Positions 24,299 through 37,069 of a stretch of 64,000 bases of DNA are shown here, in pieces. The notes beneath the pieces are model-generated. The model ran no database searches and was not told the DNA's origin. It saw only the letters and a program-made list of their open reading frames with translations. The stretch is from Neoechinorhynchus agilis (Eukaryota > Animalia > Acanthocephala). Location of the stretch: contig CM121341.1 of NCBI GenBank assembly GCA_051530055.1, positions 12,130,784 through 12,194,783 of the forward strand, in the 5' to 3' direction. Each line of letters starts with the position of its first letter. The stretch's first letter is position 1. A program made the translations under genes and the position numbers.

Positions 24299-27200
24299 CG
24301 AGTGAAAGACAAACGAGCGTGTGAGCGAGTGTCGTGGAATAAACAACGCAGATGGTAGATTTGAGTTGTATAAGAGAACTCCTTGAGCTGTTAACGGTTA
24401 GTCTTCATTCGAGCCACGATTAGAGACAACCTCTATCAAATTGTACGGGTTGTTAACGTTTAATCTTCAATCTCTAAGATCGACGAGAGTAAAAGTATTT
24501 TTCAGCGTTTTGAAAAAATCAAAAATACTTGAGTTATTCAAAGAATTAAGAGACTAAAAAAATTACATTTTGTCAGAAACGGCAGGGATGCGCCGAATGG
24601 CATTTCGCTGCTGCGTTTGATAATTTCCTGTTATCTTTAAAATTGTTTGTACTATAAAGATTTACATAATTGCGCTACTAAACGTATTGCCGTCAAAAAA
24701 TTCCCTCCCCTCAGTAACTCTAAGCATATTATTTTTGGGAGCTTCATGAGAATTTGGATAGTATTAGCGAGTGAAAGACAAACGAGCGTGTGAGCGAGTG
24801 TCGTTGAATAAACAACGCAGGTGGTAGATTTGAGTTGTATAAGAGAACTCCTTGAGCTGTTAACGGTTAGTCTTCATTCGAGCTACGATTAGAGACAACC
24901 TCTATCAAATTGTACGGGTTGTTAACGTTTAATCTTCAATCTCTAAGATCGACGAGAGTAAAAGTATTTTTAAGCGTTTTGAAAAAACCAAAAATACTTG
25001 AGTTATTCAAAGAATTAAGAGACTAAAAAAATTACATTTTGTCAGAAACGGCAGGGATGCGCCGAATGGCATTTCGTTGCTGCGTTTGATAATTTCCTGT
25101 TATCTTTAAAATTGTTTGTACTATAAAGATTTACATAATTGCGCAACTAAACGTATTGCCGTCAAAAAATCTCTTCCTCGGTAACTTTAAACATATTGTT
25201 TTCGGGAGCTTCATGAGAATTTGGATGGTATTAGCGAGTGAAAGACAAACGAGCGTGTGAGCGAGTGTCGTTGAATAAACAACGCAGATGGTAGATTTGA
25301 GTTGTATAAGAGAACTCCTTGAGCTGTTAACGGTTAGTCTTCATTCGAGCCACGATTAGAGACAACCTCTATCAAATTGTACGGGTTGTTAACGTTTAAT
25401 CTTCAATCTCTAAGATCGACGAGAGTAAAAGTATTTTTCAGCGTTTTGAAAAAATCAAAAATACTTGAGTTATTCAAAGAATTAAGAGACTAAAAAAATT
25501 ACATTTTGTCAGAAACGGCAGGGATGCGCCGAATGGCATTTCGCTGCTGTGTTTGATAATTTCCTGTTATCTTTAAAATTGTTTGTACTATAAAGATTTA
25601 CATAATTGCGCTACTAAACGTATTGCCGTCAAAAAATCTCTCCCTCAGTAACTTTAAACATATTGTTTTCGGGAGCTTCATGAGAATTTGTATAGTATTA
25701 GCGAGTGAAAGACAAACGAGCATGTGAGCGAGTGTCGTTGAATAAACAACGCAGATGGTAGATTTGAGTTGTATAAGAGAACTCCTTGAGCTGTTAACGG
25801 TTAGTCTTCATTCGAGCCACGATTAGAGACAACCTCTATCAAATTGTACGGGTTGTTAACGTTTAATCTTCAATCTCTAAGATCGACGAGAGTAAAAGTA
25901 TTTTTCAGCGTTTTGAAAAAATCAAAAATACTTGAGTTATTCAAAGAATTAAGAGACTAAAAAAATTACATTTTGTCAGAAACGGCAGGGATGCGCCGAA
26001 TGGCATTTCGCTGCTGCGTTTGATAATTTCCTGTTATCTTTAAAATTGTTTGTACTATAAAGATTTACATAATTGCGCTACTAAACGTATTGCCGTCAAA
26101 AAATCTCTCCCTCAGTAACTTTAAACATATTGTTTTCGGGAGCTTCATGAGAATTTGGATGGTATTAACGAGTGAAAGACAAACGAGCGTGTGAGCGAGT
26201 GTCGTTGAATAAACAACGCAGATGGTAGATTTGAGTTGTATAAGAGAACTCCTTGAGCTGTTAACGGTTAGTCTTCATTCGAGCTGAGATTAGAGACAAC
26301 CTCTATCAAATTGTACGGGTTGTTAACGTTTAATCTTCAATCTCTAAGATCGACGAGAGTAAAAGTATTTTTCAGCGTTTTGAAAAAACCAAAAATACTT
26401 GAGTTATTCAAAGAATTAAGAGACTAAAAAAATTACATTTTGTCAGAAACGGGAGGGATGCGCCGAATGGCATTTCGCTGCTGCGTTTGATAATTTCCTG
26501 TTATCTTTAAAATTGTTTGTACTATAAAGATTTACATAATTGCGCTACTAAACGTATTGTCGTCAAAAAATCTCTCCCTCAGTAACTTTAAACATATTGT
26601 TTTCGGGAGCTTCATGAGAATTTGTATAGTATTAGCGAGTGAAAGACAAACGAGCATGTGAGCGAGTGTCGTTGAATAAACAACGCAGATGGTAGATTTG
26701 AGTTGTATAAGAGAACTCCTTGAGCTGTTAACGGTTAGTCTTCATTCGAGCTAAGATTAGAGACAACCTCTATCAAATTGTACGGGTTGTTAACGTTTAA
26801 TCTTCAATCTCTAAGATCGACGAGAGTAAAAGTATTTTTCAACGTTTTGAAAAAACCAAAAATACTTGAGTTATTCAAAGAATTAAGAGACTAAAAAAAT
26901 TACATTTTGTCAGAAACGGGAGGGATGCGCCTAATGGCATTTCGCTGCTGCGTTTGATAATTTCCACTTATCTTTAAGATTGTTTGTACTATAAAGATTT
27001 ACATAATTGCGCTACTAAACGTATTGCCGTCAAAAAATCTCTCCCTCAGTAACTTTAAACATATTATTTTCGGGAGCTTCATGAGAATTTGGATGGTATT
27101 AGCGAGTGAAAGACAAACGAGCGTGTGAGCGAGTGTCGTTGAATAAACAACGCAGATGGTAGATTTGAGTTGTATAAGAGAACTCCTTGAGCTGTTAACG

Positions 27201-28485
27201 GTTAGTCTTCATTCGAGCTACGATTAGAGACAACCTCTATCAAATTGTACGGGTTGTTAACGTTTAATCTTCAATCTCTAAGATCGACGAGAGTAAAAGT
27301 ATTTTTAAGCGTTTTGAAAAAACCAAAAATACTTGAGTTATTCAAAGAATTAAGAGACTAAAAAAATTACATTTTGTCAGAAACGGCAGGGATGCGCCGA
27401 ATGGCATTTCGTTGCTGCGTTTGATAATTTCCTGTTATCTTTAAAATTGTTTGTACTATAAAGATTTACATAATTGCGCTACTAAACGTATTGCCGTCAA
27501 AAAATCTCTCCCTCAGTAACTTTAAACATATTATTTTCGGGAGCTTCATGAGAATTTGGATGGTATTAGCGAGTGAAAGACAAACGAGCGTGTGAGCGAG
27601 TGTCGTTGAATAAACAACGCAGATGGTAGATTTGAGTTGTATAAGAGAACTCCTTGAGCTGTTAACGGTTAGTCTTCATTCGAGCCACGATTAGAGACAA
27701 CCTCTATCAAATTGTACGGGTTGTTAACGTTTAATCTTCAATCTCTAAGATCGACGAGAGTAAAAGTATTTTTCAGCCTTTTGAAAAAACCGAAAATACT
27801 TGAGTTATTCAAAGAATTAAGAGACTAAAAAAATTACATTTTGTCAGAAACGGGAGGGATGCGCCGAATGGCATTTCGCTGCTGCGTTTGATAATTTCCT
27901 GTTATCTTTAAAATTGTTTGTACTATAAAGATTTACATAATTGCGCTACTAAACGTATTGTCGTCAAAAAATCTCTCCCTCAGTAACTTTAAACATATTG
28001 TTTTCGGGAGCTTCATGAGAATTTGTATAGTATTAGCGAGTGAAAGACAAACGAGCATGTGAGCGAGTGTCGTTGAATAAACAACGCAGATGGTAGATTT
28101 GAGTTGTATAAGAGAACTCCTTGAGCTGTTAACGGTTAGTCTTCATTCGAGCTACGATTAGAGACAACCTCTATCAAATTGTACGGGTTGTTAACGTTTA
28201 ATCTTCAATCTCGAAGATCGACGAGAGTAAAAGTATTTTTAAGCGTTTTGAAAAAATCAAAAATACTTGAGTTATTCAAAGAATTAAGAGACTAAAAAAT
28301 TACATTTTGTCAGAAACGGCAGGGATGCGCCGAATGGCATTTCGCTGCTGCGTTTGATAATTTCCTGTTATCTTTAAAATTGTTTGTACTATAAAGATTT
28401 ACATAATTCCGCTACTAAACGTATTGCCGTCAAAAAATCTCTCCCTTCGTAACTCTAAGCATATTATTTTCGGGAGCTTCATGAG
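24288..28485. repeat. Tandem array, 467-bp unit, 9 copies, highly homogeneous
   Basis: 'gtattagcgagtgaaagacaaacgag' at ~24292, 24761, 25228, 25695, 26162, 26628, 27096, 27563 and 28029. Confidence 0.98.
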
Positions 28486-28487
28486 GA

Positions 28488-28877
28488 TTATTCGTCTTCT
28501 TCCCAGATATCTTGGGCTTCATCCGCCAGCATTTCAGTTGGATATTCAGTGTCGTCGTCAAATTTGTAACCAGGAAAGGGTTCATTTCCGATTAAATGAT
28601 ACGGAGGTTTAAAGGGCATTCCTTGGTACATATCGAAATAGTTGAATATATAAATCGACATAGGCAAACATATTGAACCGATAGCGAGCATGAAATAGGC
28701 ATTTTTACGTTTCCGTCCCATATACTCATTCCATTTGTGAATCGGTCGAGGAATAAAGTCCATTGTAGCCTTGGCTGCTACCATTCTACGCCGAATCTCT
28801 TCGCGAGATGTATGGACCAGACGCTGAGATTTAAAGAGCAGAGACTGTACACTACTTTTAGTGGAACCAACCACCAT
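28488..28877 (-). CDS. Small single-pass membrane protein, probably mitochondrial (weak COX6A resemblance)
   Basis: Basic/Ser-rich N-terminus, TM segment 'YFMLAIGSICLPMSIYIFNYF', then 'PPYHLIGNEPFP' (compare COX6A 'YPHLRIRTKPFP') and an acidic tail. Intact 129-aa ORF. Confidence 0.55.
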   Translation of the reverse strand: MVVGSTKSSVQSLLFKSQRLVHTSREEIRRRMVAAKATMDFIPRPIHKWNEYMGRKRKNAYFMLAIGSICLPMSIYIFNYFDMYQGMPFKPPYHLIGNEPFPGYKFDDDTEYPTEMLADEAQDIWEEDE

Positions 28878-30429
28878 TTTGAGCGATGCAAGGATCTAGA
28901 GAAGTGTGTTCATATTCTAACTTATTTTTTTCTAGTGTCATTGTACTGATAATTTTTTTGAAGTTCAATCTTATTGAAGAATCAAATAGAAAGCTTTGAG
29001 TGTCATGTAAGCACTTGTTGCTTTTTCTTTTCTGTGTCGATTAAGATTATACAATGATAATGACTGTGTTCATTTTCCTCAAGTCTAATTCCAACTTTGA
29101 AGCATTTCCTCATATTAAGATTAGGTTAACTTATTTTTTTCAATCTAGCAAACTCATCGGTTATAGATGTGATGAAAATCAAATTTTTAGAAATAATCAA
29201 GAACCTAATAAATGCAAAACGTCTCATATGAAGGGCTGCTTAAAATAAAATTCAAAATAAATGATCAGATTTAAAAATAAAATTCCTCTTGAATTTATCA
29301 GTTGTTTCATTCAATATTGTTGTGAAATTTCATGTTCGATTTTAATGACCTCAAATATGTTTCCGTCAATTTTGACCCAAAGAAACTTAATTTCTTATAA
29401 AAAATAACGGTGCATTTTTTAATCAAATTCAGATTTTGTATTTATTTTGCGGAATTCTAAACGTTATTCAGACGCAACCTAAGCGGGTTTTTTTATGAAA
29501 ATTTGAGTTTAATGAACACGGCTTTATGCTATTCGCTGATGGCTAAGGAGATTCCGCCGTTAAAATGTGCGACGAATTGGGTTGTCAAATGGGGGGGGAA
29601 ACGACCTACAACCACAAAAATAAGGCTGTCCTGTGAGAAAAAGGAGCCAGCATGCGAAATGGGCCTTAAAAATATTCAAACCGAAACTTAAACAAACCAT
29701 CCATCTAATCAATAGAATCGATATAGATTGATAAATGAAAAAGTCATCCCCAACAACCAGCAATCTTTAAGATCAATTTACGTGGTCTTTTTGTTTTTTA
29801 CGGCCATATCGCGTACATTCTTCCGTGTCTTTAAATAAATAAAAACATGACGTATAATCCTTCAATCATAACAGAAATCGACTTGTGATTGACTTTGGAA
29901 GCAAGTTTAAATATGTTTACTTTAAGAGTTGAATTGTTATGTTCTTAATGGAATTATTTTTTAAAGCAATTAAGCTTGGGCTTTTTTCGACAAAAAGAGT
30001 TTATAAGCATCGATTTCACCACTTTTTATTAATCAAGGCTGCCTTCCTGGTCGAAAGGACACATGCAACGTTGCTTTGCCGTAGGAATTTTCCCGCTCTC
30101 GGATCGTCAATCCTGCGACGCAGTAAAAAACGACCTGGGAGTCGATTTCGACTCAGGTCCCTGCATTTTGTCCTTTTGCGTTCCTTAGCGGCGGTTGCTT
30201 CTTGTTTTGTTAACATTTATTTGTTAGATTTTGATATTAATTGAGATAATTAATTTAAAAGCTTTTCAAGCGAAACAAACTCTTTAAACAAAAACCACAA
30301 ATCGATTTTGCCTTATTTAGTGCTTATTAATGGCGTAAAAATTAAGGAAATTTATTAAATCCGTTATTTCGGCAAAATCTTGTGCCTTTATCGAGAGGTC
30401 TAAAATCCACACATAGGGATGGTTAAATT

Positions 30430-31590
30430 CACGCTGCATTTAGATTTAGTTCAATGCCCTCCTTATTCTCCGGTCTACAGTTTCAACCCTTTCGATCTCA
30501 TTTGGATCCGCTTCGTGCAAAAATATGGTATGTAACAATGCCTCCACTTTCCATAATGAAATTGTGGTTCCGGCAAAATTGGCCTTTGATATCTTCTCCA
30601 TTTCAACGCGTAGTCTCGATGAGCTCCCTAACGGCATTTTTAACTAAATATTCATGACAGCGAACTCGTTTAAGGAAAATGGATGTTTTTATAACACAAC
30701 CACAGAAAACGGGAAGATTGGTAACCGACAGACATTGTCTCCCTTCATCACAATGGCAACATTTAAGTATAAAATGGCCAGGATTAAGTCGCTTTTTGAT
30801 CGTGCCTACAACTACTGCTCCAACCTAGATTCACTCAATAATGAGTTACAGTTTCTTGGGCATATGCTCAAAGGAAAGGGCTACCCAATCTGTATGATAA
30901 GAAGAGCTAGTTGCAGGGTCTTCTATCGTAGGAAAACAGTGCGCCAGGAGTCGAAACGAAGGACCTTCGTAGGTGCACCATTCGACGATGATGTGCTGTT
31001 CACCGCAATTAACAATCTAATAATTAAAGCTGCGCCCAAAGACCTCAATTGTTGTATCTACACGAAGAAAACTAAACCACTAAGCTCCATTGCGGAGAAA
31101 CGAGATGAACATGAAAGCAAATGTGTGGTGTATAGAATTCCTTACACCGAATGCAGTAAATCCCATTTTGGCCAAACAAACAATTTGGAAAGAAAAATCA
31201 AATAACTGAAATATGCTCTAACCATTTTGAACAACAAGGTGTCGTGATGGATATCGACAATGCCACCATTTTGGCTCGAAGTGAATCCAAATGGGATCGC
31301 GTTACAATGGAAGCCATATTTATTCGCCAGATTGAAACAGTTGATGCGAGTAAGGCGGACTTTAAACTAAATCTAAATGCAGCGTGAATTTAACTATCCC
31401 AACGTGTGGATTTTAACCTCTCAATAAAGGCACAACATTTTGCCGAAATATCGCTTTTAATAAATTCCTTTAAATTTTACTCCATAAACAGGCCATCTAT
31501 TACTAACAAACAAACTGATGATGAACCCGACGAGGTTCGAAACGTCTTTATTAAATATTCATTTACCGGGTGTAGACCTAAACAATTATT
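30430..31590 (+). mobile_element. Degenerate Penelope-like element (RT C-terminus/thumb + GIY-YIG + pLTR)
   Basis: 'KMARIKSLFDRAYNYCSN...ELQFLGHMLKGKGYP', 'CVVYRIPYTECSKSHFGQT', and a terminal hammerhead motif. Confidence 0.85.
31509..31552 (+). ncRNA. Minimal type I hammerhead ribozyme motif
   Basis: aacaaa-CTGATGA-t-GAACC-cgacga-GGTTC-GAAA-CG-TC-tttatt. Canonical core, palindromic ACGU stem III, and one mismatch in stem I. Confidence 0.75.
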
Positions 31591-34500
31591 CCAATCAAAC
31601 ACATTGCTTAATACAAAAAGAAATTAAAGTCAAGTTCACGTCGAGTTTTTTGAAAAAATCACTTTTTTGATTTAAATGATTTACTTATTATCTTTGTTAG
31701 CGTCGATCTGAGATTTCCATAAAATACTCGATTCACGTTCTTTAAAAGAAAAAGTCAAAATTGACGTTTTAATAAGCTGGTTTCTCGTGTACAATCGCCT
31801 CCGCTGCCGTGAATGTGCGTGTTAGTTAATAGCTATTTTTGATCTATATCGCAGTTTCCCAGGAGAGTCCCGCTGGAGGGGGGAGGGCGGAATAGTGGGT
31901 GTTGCCGTTGTGCATGGTACGAAAACACTGAGACTCTAATCGATAAAACTATTGCATGGCTTCCTGTCACAACTCCTCGCTTTCACCCACTGTTACAAAA
32001 ATAACCAAGAACTTCCCTGAAACGAAATGAGAAATCGGCGACGAACAAATCTGAGTTTATGATGTCAGCGATCCGAAGGTGAGTGGTTTATATCGAGGAA
32101 TCCGGGTTTTTAGCGACAAATGGAATTTTCTGTTTTTGTCCTTTTTTAAGAAAAAATGGGACCGCTATGAAGAAATTCCGCGTTGATTCTGAAACGAACG
32201 ATTAAAATTCTTAAGTTGTTTATTTTATAAAGTTCCCTAGAATAGAATGGACTGTCGGGGAATCAATCACGTTGAACGAAGAATAAATCAATAATTTATA
32301 GACTTTGAAAGTGATTCATACGGCTTTTATAATATATGCATAATTTTCGTTCATTAAAAATACTTTTTATTATTATAAAAGACCCGTATTTAATAATACC
32401 CATATTTTGGATTTTATGTCATATTATTGTAGTAATAAATATTTAAAGAGAAAACTTGACCAGATAAGAAATTGTGAAATAGATTTAATTTGCTATCCTG
32501 ATTTATGAGAGCAGAAAAAACGACAGTGCCAGAATATTAAATTGCATTTAAACGTTGAAAATTAATATCCAAAAAATCGCTGTTTGCTTTCGTAGAATTA
32601 ATGAAATTCTGAGCTTAGGGAATCGTTGTACTTAAAATCAGATAATGAAATATGCGAATCTTTCTCAACGCTTCATATATATTAATGAAATCATTTTTGT
32701 GTTTGATTGATGGAATAGTTGATACATGAACCTTCCCTCAATATACCTCATATAAATATTTTTACCTCTATCTTGAAGGGGAAATTGTAGCAAATTATTT
32801 AATCAACGAGGGAAAAATCTTAGAAATGTTAGAGTTATAGCTGTGGTGATCAATTTTGATCCAGTAAAATATGTTTTTCAAAGGGATATCCTCCATTCTG
32901 TCTTTGCAATAAACAAAAGCGTTGCTTACTTCAAAATGAACACAGAGCTGTAAAATTTGTCCATGCGAAATTGGGTAGCTTAACTTTTATTGATTAAAGT
33001 TTTAAACGAGTTTTTGCTGTTGACGGATCGGTTGAAAGATTAAGACAAACGCCTTACTATTGTTTCCCCCAAAGTCTTGTCGTCTTTTTAATTTTAAGTT
33101 TGCTAGTTCAAAACATGATGACAGACTTAGGTGTCTGTTTGATATCACGTTCTTATTTTGTTAATCTTTCATTAATTCTAACGAGCGGAAGATATAAGAT
33201 ATATCTGTTATTTTGCTTTGTCTAGACTTTATCGTAAAGTATTGATTTGTCGCAAATCAAAATAGCTTGAACAAAGGGTTGAAAAGCTTATTCAACGAGT
33301 AGAACATAACTGTTTCCAACGGATGTCATTGCAGTAAAAAAATAATCACATTCTTCAATTCAACATTGATTAGCGGTCGAATTTTCAATGGATTTATAAA
33401 AAACTCAAATTCGCTTCTTTGCTACCACCAGAAGCTTTAAAATGGTCGAATTTGTATGGGGTTTTTATTCGAAAAAAAAGAATCCACCTCTCACTATTTA
33501 AGAACTTTTATTCTTATGTCGAAACGAAACACGGCTAATCGGCGAAAAGGCTTTATAGAATAAACGCCTTTTTCCATCTCAAAAGTGTTATTTTTTTCAA
33601 ATTAACTTACAAATGTCCCTTCATTTTCTCTGACTTCTTTGAAAAATGTTTAAGCTTGTCTAAGATCCATGTAATGAAATATAAAAAGTAAGAATCATGC
33701 AACTCTTACTGCATTTTCACAAAATGAAAACCTGACATTAAAATCTACACCTCTAACATATCGACAACTTCATATATACACACACGCCTTCGTTAGGGTG
33801 CATTCTTGTTTGCTCAAGTTAGTCATATCTCCACCTCATAACTTCCTCAGTAACTAGTTTAGCAAAAGTAGTGCTATTCTTAAGTACTAAATTAGGACGG
33901 TTCATCTTTTGGTGTGTGAAATACCGAGAATTCGGTGTCTTGCATGAGGTTGAAGGCATTATAGGAAAATTTCAATTTTTTAAACCAAAATTACTTCTTG
34001 GAACAAGCCTGTTCCCTACGCAGAATCGTCTCTTACACTCAGCCCCGCCGCTGTCACGAAAATGAGCACGTGTGTGCCCTCAAAAGGCATGAATCTTTTG
34101 GGTTCAAGAGAATAAAAATTAATTTAGTGGAGATTTTTAGAAAATAGATATAACTTTTCTAAAGTAGGTCTTTTGTTCTTCACAGTCTACACAATTGATG
34201 TGGCGACAATAGAATTTTTATATCAGTTTATATGCTTTTCCTTTGTCTTGTCAAATAACGTACCAATATGCTTCTCAAAATCCTCAATGCGCGTATCGTC
34301 ACGCTTAAATATATCTTATTAATCCTAGAATTTCTACATTGGGGTTTTAGTTTCTCCATCTCAACCTTTGAATACGGCGGTTGTTTGCTCAAAAGCCGGA
34401 TTTTCGATTCGACGGAGCATGGAAGATATCATCACGTCGTATGAAATGCTACGAAACGCATCCATACGTCTCATTTATTTATTCCAAGATCGTGTTTCCC

Positions 34501-34741
34501 TTTCTATTCATGATTCGCATAGCAGACTTTCAAGGGCTGCGCTTGCTATCGGTTTTTATAATAATCTTTTACATCCAGTGTCCATGTTTACAGAAATTTA
34601 AGATGAACGTTTCGTTAGAGAAAATATCATCCGAAAAAACACTTCCAATTTGAGCGTTATGAGAAGTTTTCGGGGTGCTGAAAATAGAATACAGAAGGTC
34701 TTAGTTCAAATCAAAATAATATAAAATTTACCTTCGAAATT

Positions 34742-34871
34742 TACAAACTGATGATGAACCCGGCGAGGTTCGCAGAACGTCTTAAATAAATAATCATTTA
34801 CCGGATGTAGACCTAAACAATAATTAAAATCACATTCCCCAGTACCCCACATATCGACATGCCGATTAAAT
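34742..34871 (+). repeat. Solo PLE pLTR-derived element with a variant hammerhead
   Basis: 'ctgatgatgaacccggcgaggttcgcagaacgtc...catttaccggatgtagacctaaac...cacattccccagtacc' matches 31515-31590 and the reverse complement of 40431-40556. Confidence 0.85.
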
Positions 34872-36054
34872 TTTCCGGTGTTATCGGAACATAAAGCACT
34901 TGTTTTGGAAACAAAAATCCAGGTTGGGTTATTTTTATTTTCCCAAAAACGTTCAAAAAATTGAAACCAATCGGAAATGGGTGGCGTTTTTTTGTCACAA
35001 AGTTTACTGTATTTAACTCACCGAGAATGTGATTGCTAGGAAACCCACCTTTTTATCGCATCGCCAATCGTTATTTTCAGAAATAAATTAAAAATCTTAA
35101 TTATAAATTGAATATTTTGTGGATCGCTTTGGTAACACAAAAACTGGCGAAAATTTCACCGCATAGAATAGAGAAACGTGCACAACAGGCATTAAATTTT
35201 CTGAAAATAAAGACGACTAAAAATCGCAACTGACCTTAGTAGATTTTCTCAAGATGTTCGCGAATGATTCACAAGGCAATTCGGGGTCACGCGTACCTCA
35301 TTTCGTGGCAGATCCAAAAATAGCACAACTCAGAGGCGACGTTGATAAAGTGAGTGCTGATTGACTAACATAAAATCTCGCTTGAGTTTGCAAATCATTA
35401 CCAGGTAAGTGATTTAATGAGACACAATCTCGCGAGTGCGATGGACCGCGAAACGGCTCTGTCTGAATTACGCGATAAATCCGGTAAGCTGAATGATCGT
35501 TATCAAATAATCCTCCATTCCCGGACAAGATCGATTGCAAGACGGAGCAGAAGTGTTTAGAAACAATGCTGTCGCAACGAAAAGGAAGATGTGGTATGAA
35601 AACGTCAAAGTAAGAAAGGACCTTCTTTCACAGTCTGAAAATCTCAAAACGAACATATAGATGTGGATTATAATTGCTGCTATTGTTATTGTGCTCATCA
35701 TTGTTATAACTCGTAAGTTTTTCAACAAATGAGATTTAGTTAAAACGAATTTAAGCAGTGATTGCTGTGTTTACAAGCAAGAAAAGCGAAGGATCAGCGA
35801 CCACGCCGCCTGCGCTTCAACAGGGACCATGAATCAAAGTGTTTAGAATTCTTAGTCGAGACACATAAATCTTGAATTTTCTAAGGCCCTCAAGTATTCT
35901 GCATGAAACACAAATCTAATCCGCTCTATTAAGTTTCAGATTTTGATTAAATTCACTTTTTGACATCAGTGATAAAAGCCCACGAAATGTAAGACAAATT
36001 CATAAGTCTACTAACTCGGTGTTTCAAAACAGGTCAACTCCAGTGCATGATCAA

Positions 36055-37003
36055 ATGCCTCAATCCAATAATCAAACACAGTGAGTACTGCTTAGTGCCA
36101 CGAAATTTCAAAAATGAATGTTTCTTTGAAGTTTTATAAACCGATTTTTTGGCAATAGCAATAAGAGCGGTCATTACTGACTCTCAAAGGGTATTTATTA
36201 CAGAAAAGCAACATTGGAATTTACCATTAATTCACTATTTTGTACCCACAAAAAATATATTTTGTTAGAAACGAATTAAAGCTTAATTCTTTGCGCATTA
36301 TTTAATAGATCGAGTGAACGTCTTCAGACTCAAGGAACGTCGAAACGTCTCCTTCAAACTCATGCGCAAGTCAGTGATGTAAGTTTAATTTTTTTTGGTT
36401 TCGCGGCACTTAATGCAAATATGATGATCTTTGAAAGGTGGTTCAAATAATGCGGATGAACGTAGAGAAAGTTTTGGAACGAGATGCTAAATTATCTCAA
36501 TTAGACGACAGAGCAGGTAAGTGAACGTCTGCTATAAAGACAAAACAGTGATCTTAACCTGATTAAGATGCTCTGCAACACGGTGCAGCCCAATTTGAAA
36601 TGCAAGCTGGAAAACTGAAACGCAAATACTGGTGGAAAAACTGCAAGGCTCTAACAGCCTTGATAATTATAGTAGCGATAATCTTAATTGTATTAATTGG
36701 TAAGAATGGTCCATTGTGACCCATTGATGTTGTCTCGGTGTTTAACAAAATTGAAGCCGTTTTCACCTCACCTTGCACAACATACACATAGCCGGAGTCG
36801 CCTCTAAAAAGAAATCTGCAACGAATGCAGTACCGGCACACGAAACTGAGCCAGTGAAACCCGCACGAATATCTGATGATTCTGGGCAGTTGGTTCAACA
36901 AGGTCAAGAAAGCCGTCAACGTACTTTATTATTCAGACATCCACCACGCCGCCGTATCAATAAAACAGCGATCAATCATCTTCCTTCGCTAATACGTGAT
37001 TAA
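36055..37003 (+). CDS. Synaptobrevin/VAMP (R-SNARE), multi-exon; start codon uncertain
   Basis: Exons read '[13 protein letters not shown]|[26 protein letters not shown]|[27 protein letters not shown]', then TM '[17 protein letters not shown]', then a final exon 36817-37003. Confidence 0.92.
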
Positions 37004-37069
37004 AATTTTGTTGTGTGCGTGTTTAACATGATGATTTAAGCGGCAGAGAGAAATAAAGTTTAAAATTCT

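Noticed and set aside
16220-28485. CRISPR array interpretation of the regular repeats
   Set aside because: Whole units are repeated with no unique spacers, there are no cas genes, and the context is eukaryotic.
29939-30244. Overlapping ORFs on both strands
   Set aside because: No recognisable motif, splice pattern or TE signature.
31800-34700. Possible gene fragments (GC-rich patch at 31850-31980, donor-like gtgagt at ~32080, ORFs 34368/34381)
   Set aside because: No coherent exon chain or protein motif could be assembled by eye.
35298-35728. Hydrophobic minus-strand ORF and an overlapping ~110-codon frame upstream of VAMP
   Set aside because: No family motif and no convincing splice structure; left uncalled.
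36563-36919. 118-aa minus-strand ORF
   Set aside because: It is the antisense shadow of VAMP exons.
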